This document shows positions 59,901 to 64,000 of a stretch of DNA of 64,000 nt, piece after piece (the first letter of the stretch is position 1; each line of letters opens with the position of its first letter). The notes beneath the pieces were generated by a model, which ran no database searches, was not told the DNA's origin, and saw only the letters and a list, made by a program, of their open reading frames with translations. The DNA comes from Anthoceros angustus (lineage: Eukaryota > Plantae > Anthocerotophyta), in contig MU008227.1 in NCBI GenBank assembly GCA_010909165.1, positions 1 through 64,000 of the forward strand, given 5' to 3'. The position numbers were made by a program, and so were the translations under genes.

Positions 59901-60596
59901 ACTTGAATGATACGGACGCCGAACGGGTCCTTAAACGCTTGGCCACGCCTTCGTCCGGTGAACGCAGTTGTTAGCCGTAAAAACGAATGTGTGTGTTGAG
60001 TCCTAAACGGTACTACGTGAGGTGAGAAACGATTAAAACGTGGCCAACGGAGCCTATCATTCTCTTGGGAACGACCTCCTTACGACATCGACGGATTGTC
60101 TGATCGCCGGTGACGCGGCATTTGGCGCCTGGTCGGGAATGAGATCACTCCGTAGCCTAGTGGGAAGGTAAGTGTGGATGCGTGGAGGACGTGAGGTAGT
60201 CAAGAACGAATTGCTGAGTGAGCCGGACGTTGTGACCGCCAGAGCGCTCCGAGCGCAGGCACGTGAGAGGCGACGAGCTCAACGTGAGAGCTCCAGCCGG
60301 CAGGTAAGCACGGTAGACTTGTCGGATCGTGAGGAGGAAGTAGCACAAAGTCAGGCGGCAGTAAGGGGAGTGGTTCCTCAACCCCTGCTGGTCGTGGCGA
60401 TGGCAACAACATCGACCAAGCAAGCGTACTCTCTCTTTGGAGGTAAGAAGGAGAGGGACGCGGAAACCTTCGTGGAGGATTTCGTGTCTCAAGTAGCTTC
60501 AACGAGAAGGTTGATCTGTGCCTCATCCAAATTGCTCTAGGGGTCTCTGGGAACAATGCCTGGTGGTACCGGAGGAAGTAAAGCCACCACGCCCCG
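56930..60596 (+). mobile_element. Inverted 5' part of Gypsy G: ORF X C-half, repeats, distal block 59296-60120, PBS and gag N-terminus
   Basis: ...GACGCGGCA (60120) is followed by TT and TGGCGCCTGGTCGGGAAT (PBS, resembling the tRNA-Asp type); gag MATTSTKQAYSLFGGKKERDAETFVEDF at 60400. Confidence 0.8.
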
Positions 60597-62820
60597 TGGC
60601 GCGATTTCACTGGCCACCGGCACAATCCCGTGTCGTTGTAGTAAGGAGTCCGTTCCCAAGAGAATGATAAGCTCCGTTTGCCTTGTTTTGATCGATTCTT
60701 ACCCTACTTTGTGACCGCTCAACCTTAACACACACACAATCGTCGTTTTGCACCTAACTATTCATAATGTTCACCGAACAGGCCCGGTGTGGCCAAACGT
60801 TTAAGGACCCGTTTGCGTCCGTATCGTTCACGCACGTCACTCGTTCCTCTAGTCCGTTCCTCTCACCACTCTCACTACACTCATCAACTTTGGGAAAGAA
60901 CGCAAGTGGCTACAGTCACCTCCTCCTGCTCAACCGCCTCTCCGGCTTTGCACGCCTCCCGAGTTCCTCCGGCTTCACACGCCTTCCGATCCGCTCGGCC
61001 GACGGGCCGCCCGAACGAACAAGGGTCCCGCCGCCTTCCACACACACCACCACCACACGTTAGGGTCCGCCACTGTGACTCGATCTCTCGGCGCCGTGCC
61101 TTTCGGTGACTCAGACTCACGTTAGCAAGAAGACACACAAAGGTCCGTAAGAAAACGCAGATCAACACCAAGAGAAGATGATTTATTCAAAGCGGCCCTC
61201 ACTTTTATACTACGCCAAGGTCGACGCCTTTATTACACCTCTATTCGAACGCCAGGCCACAGCCCTAAACGCCGCCTACTATCCCCTATTCCTCCTATCG
61301 CCGCTTGGCAAGGCTGGGCCGATGGCCTCGATTCCTTCAGCACCGCGCCCAAAGCCGAGCTCCGACGATCACGTGCGCCCAATCAAATGATCCGTGAGGC
61401 GGACCCTTCCTCCTCCGGGGGTTCGGGTCGCGCCACGGCGGTGGTCGACAACGGCGGTCACCACTAAATCTTCCTCGCCTCCTCTTATCTCAAGGCCTCG
61501 CAATGGGCCTCCAGGCCGGATCTGGGCCGTGATTGGTGGCTCTCCTCCACTTCCTGAAGTTCGACCTCGTGGACCCTGGCCCCACTGAGTCCGGACCTCT
61601 AGGTCCGGGGTCTTCTCCGGGGTCCCAGGCTCGTGTCCGCTCGAGTCCGGACCTGGGTCCGGACTTGCCTCCGGGTCCGGCCTGACCCAACCCTTCCCTA
61701 GAGTCCGAACCTCGTGGTTCGGACTCACACTAGAGTTTGGATCTCAAGTCCAAACTCCTTCGTGGGCCTGGACTTGATCCGCCTTTTCTCAGAGTCCGGA
61801 CTTTGTCCTGACCGCAGTTCTCACGCCTCCTGCTGATCACGGCTCATCCACCGAGCCTCCTTGGTTCCCGAATGCCCGGCGACCTTTCCAGCCTCCCAAG
61901 ATCCGCCTCCTTCCTTCCATGTGAGGGTGCCGAGTGCTTACCTCCGGTAGCGACCTTCCTCCTCCCCGCCGCTCTCTCGCCGCGCTGCCAAATGGCCCTT
62001 GTGGCTCCCGTACGCACTGCCCCGGGTCCGGCCCTCCCTTGCACCTCCTTCCCGACCTTTCCGGGAGTCCACCTCCGCCTAGGGTGGCGCAGACCTCCAG
62101 CCTTGAGGAGCTCATGTGGTAGAGGCGGTCGGACCGACTTCATGAATCGCCTTCCTCCACATGAGCCCCGAGCACCTTGCAGACTTCTCCTCCAGAGGTG
62201 CTCCGGCAATGGGCATGTCGTCCCCGCCGCCTCTGTGGCTAAGCTTAGTCACCGTAGGCGGGCGGACTCTTGAGGCCGCTGGCTCACATTCCTGCAGCCT
62301 CACGTCGACGCTTCTCAATTTCGTTCCAGCCCGCCTTATGGCCATGGAGCCGAGCTCCTTCGCTTCCTACAACCGGACGAGCAATGCTTTCTCCTCCGCT
62401 CACTCTTTCCCGAGGTCCGCCATTTTCCAAAGCGGGCTGTATCCCCTGCCTCGACTTCACTGCCATCTCCTCGCCGCAGCCTTTGCGACGCCGAACTCCT
62501 TGCACCACGCCTATTCTCCTCCGTCTTCAAAGCGGAGCTGGAGGCATTCTATCTCTCGCTCAAGTCTTGATTCTCTGAGAACCCCTGCCTCAAGGCCTTG
62601 GAGTTGCAACCCAAGGTGTCCTTGCTGCCCTCCAGCCTCCCCGCCGCCTCTACCTCCCGCACTGCACTCGAGGTCCCCGATCTCCCGGTGACCTCGTGCC
62701 TCCTCACGGCCGACCGTTTGCTCCTCACGCCTTCGCCTTCAAAGTTGGCTCCGCCCCACTCGCCTGCCCACCGGCTTCGATCACGCCGATAGTGATCGCG
62801 GTCGCCGCTGCAGCCCGACC
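60597..62820 (-). mobile_element. Gypsy J 3' terminal repeat, inverted and truncated: distal block 60597-61463, internal PPT, repeats and ORF X C-terminus
   Basis: Colinear with 35592-37700; the terminal CA falls exactly at the gag junction 60596/60597. Confidence 0.8.
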
Positions 62821-63329
62821 TGTGCAAGAGCCTCAGAACCCTTTCACTTCGAGAGAGAGGACTGCCTTGTAGGAAATCTGCCAGATCTTCCTGAACAGGG
62901 ACTATGGGACAAAGAATGGTGCATCCATGAAGAAGGCACTGATTCCACTCAGGCAAACTTTGATCCCATCCTAGTCTTGTGGGTCAATGGATACATGGAC
63001 GTGCTAAAGACACAGAAGATAGTGGTGGGTTACATCCTATGGGCCTGGAAGTACTAGGTCAGATCAAAGGTGAGAGTGAAGCTTTTGATCTGCACCATGA
63101 AAGAGAAGTTTTATATGAAGACCTCAAATTATCATCGGATGCTTGGGTTGAGTGCGGACAAGTTGATTCCGAGATGCTACAGCACACCAGACTTCCAGAC
63201 AGGACTTGATGTTGCTTTTACACTCAACAAGCTGAGCCTACTTCTATTCTTTGCCGTTAGGAGCTGGGTAGTTGAGGTTTTGGTTGTGCCCTGCTGACCT
63301 TGTGGATAGGCCTGCGGCGAGCATGCGCA

Positions 63330-63530
63330 CGCATCAGCAGACGGGGCCTAGTGCGCGACCGGCCGCTAGTATGAAATTGTCTTCGTATCACCTTGTTCGT
63401 GCACTAGTGCGCGTGGAGAGGCCAGTGCGCCCACAAGTGCGCACACTGGCCCAAAGCCTCATACTAGTGCGCGCACTTGCCCCTTGGACTCCGGAAAATG
63501 TGCGCACTGGGGCCAGTGCGCGCACTTGTG
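63330..63530. repeat. Cluster of GTGCGC(G)CAC / CTAGTGCGC near-palindromes
   Basis: About 8 copies of the (A)GTGCGC core in both orientations within 200 bp. Confidence 0.7.
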
Positions 63531-63593
63531 TACTCACTCGGGTGTATTTTTGGCCTACAGTATGCTAATCCCTTAATGGTTGTCTTTTGCCAG

Positions 63594-64000
63594 ACGTTTA
63601 TGAATGCGCTCACATTTATCTGCAAAGAGATCGTAGTTGGCTTGAATATGACGAAGATGGACGAGCAAGTGGTCACCAACCTGGCCAGGAGATTATATTT
63701 AAGAGGGAGTGTATTTATGAAGAGGCGGATGATGAAGCCATGGATTTGAACGCACATGAGGATATCAACAAGAATGAGAAAATGCATAGCGAGGGGGCAT
63801 CCAAACTGTCCTCAAATGCATAAAAAAATAAATTGTTTTGCCATCAGCAGAACAAATATTACAGAGCTTAGAAGAAATCCGGCATGAATCTGAAGTAGAA
63901 AGAGCAAGGGGATATATAGTCGAAAGAGAAAAAGGGAACAAGACAGGCCATGACAAAGACCAAGACGAGGAAATAGATGAGAAACTTCAGGAAACTTCAG
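63594..64000 (+). other. Probable exon of an acidic protein, running off the window end
   Basis: Branch-like CTAAT and pyrimidine tract ending TTTTGCCAG at 63593; reading frame DVYECAHIYLQRDRSWLEYDEDG...; one apparent frameshift ~63820. Confidence 0.4.

Overview
Plant nuclear DNA, almost entirely nested LTR retrotransposons. A fern- or lycophyte-type genome is my inference from the Copia gag/RNase H motifs and the non-chromovirus Gypsy. There is one clearly intact host gene: a single-exon DHHC protein S-acyltransferase on the minus strand (22195-24573). Two Copia elements are near full length (28307-34256; 40603-47248, the latter with a perfect GATGT target-site duplication inside a Gypsy integrase), and a third Copia is split across ~500-2546 and ~7480-9330. 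The window also holds a CACTA terminus, a 1.7-kb tandem duplication and an unidentified convergent two-gene module (12395-14900). The most notable structure is a Gypsy family (G and J, 35592-62820). Its terminal repeats appear to be ~4.4 kb long, and each contains a ~2.5-kb protein-coding ORF plus a second internal polypurine tract. A second, sequence-unrelated family (A, 2547-12394) seems to share this ORF-inside-the-LTR layout. Repeat sequence here is riddled with small indels, probably partly long-read error, and shows several local inversions. TE coding boundaries are therefore approximate and the junctions need read-level confirmation. All alignments were made by eye; no database searches were run.
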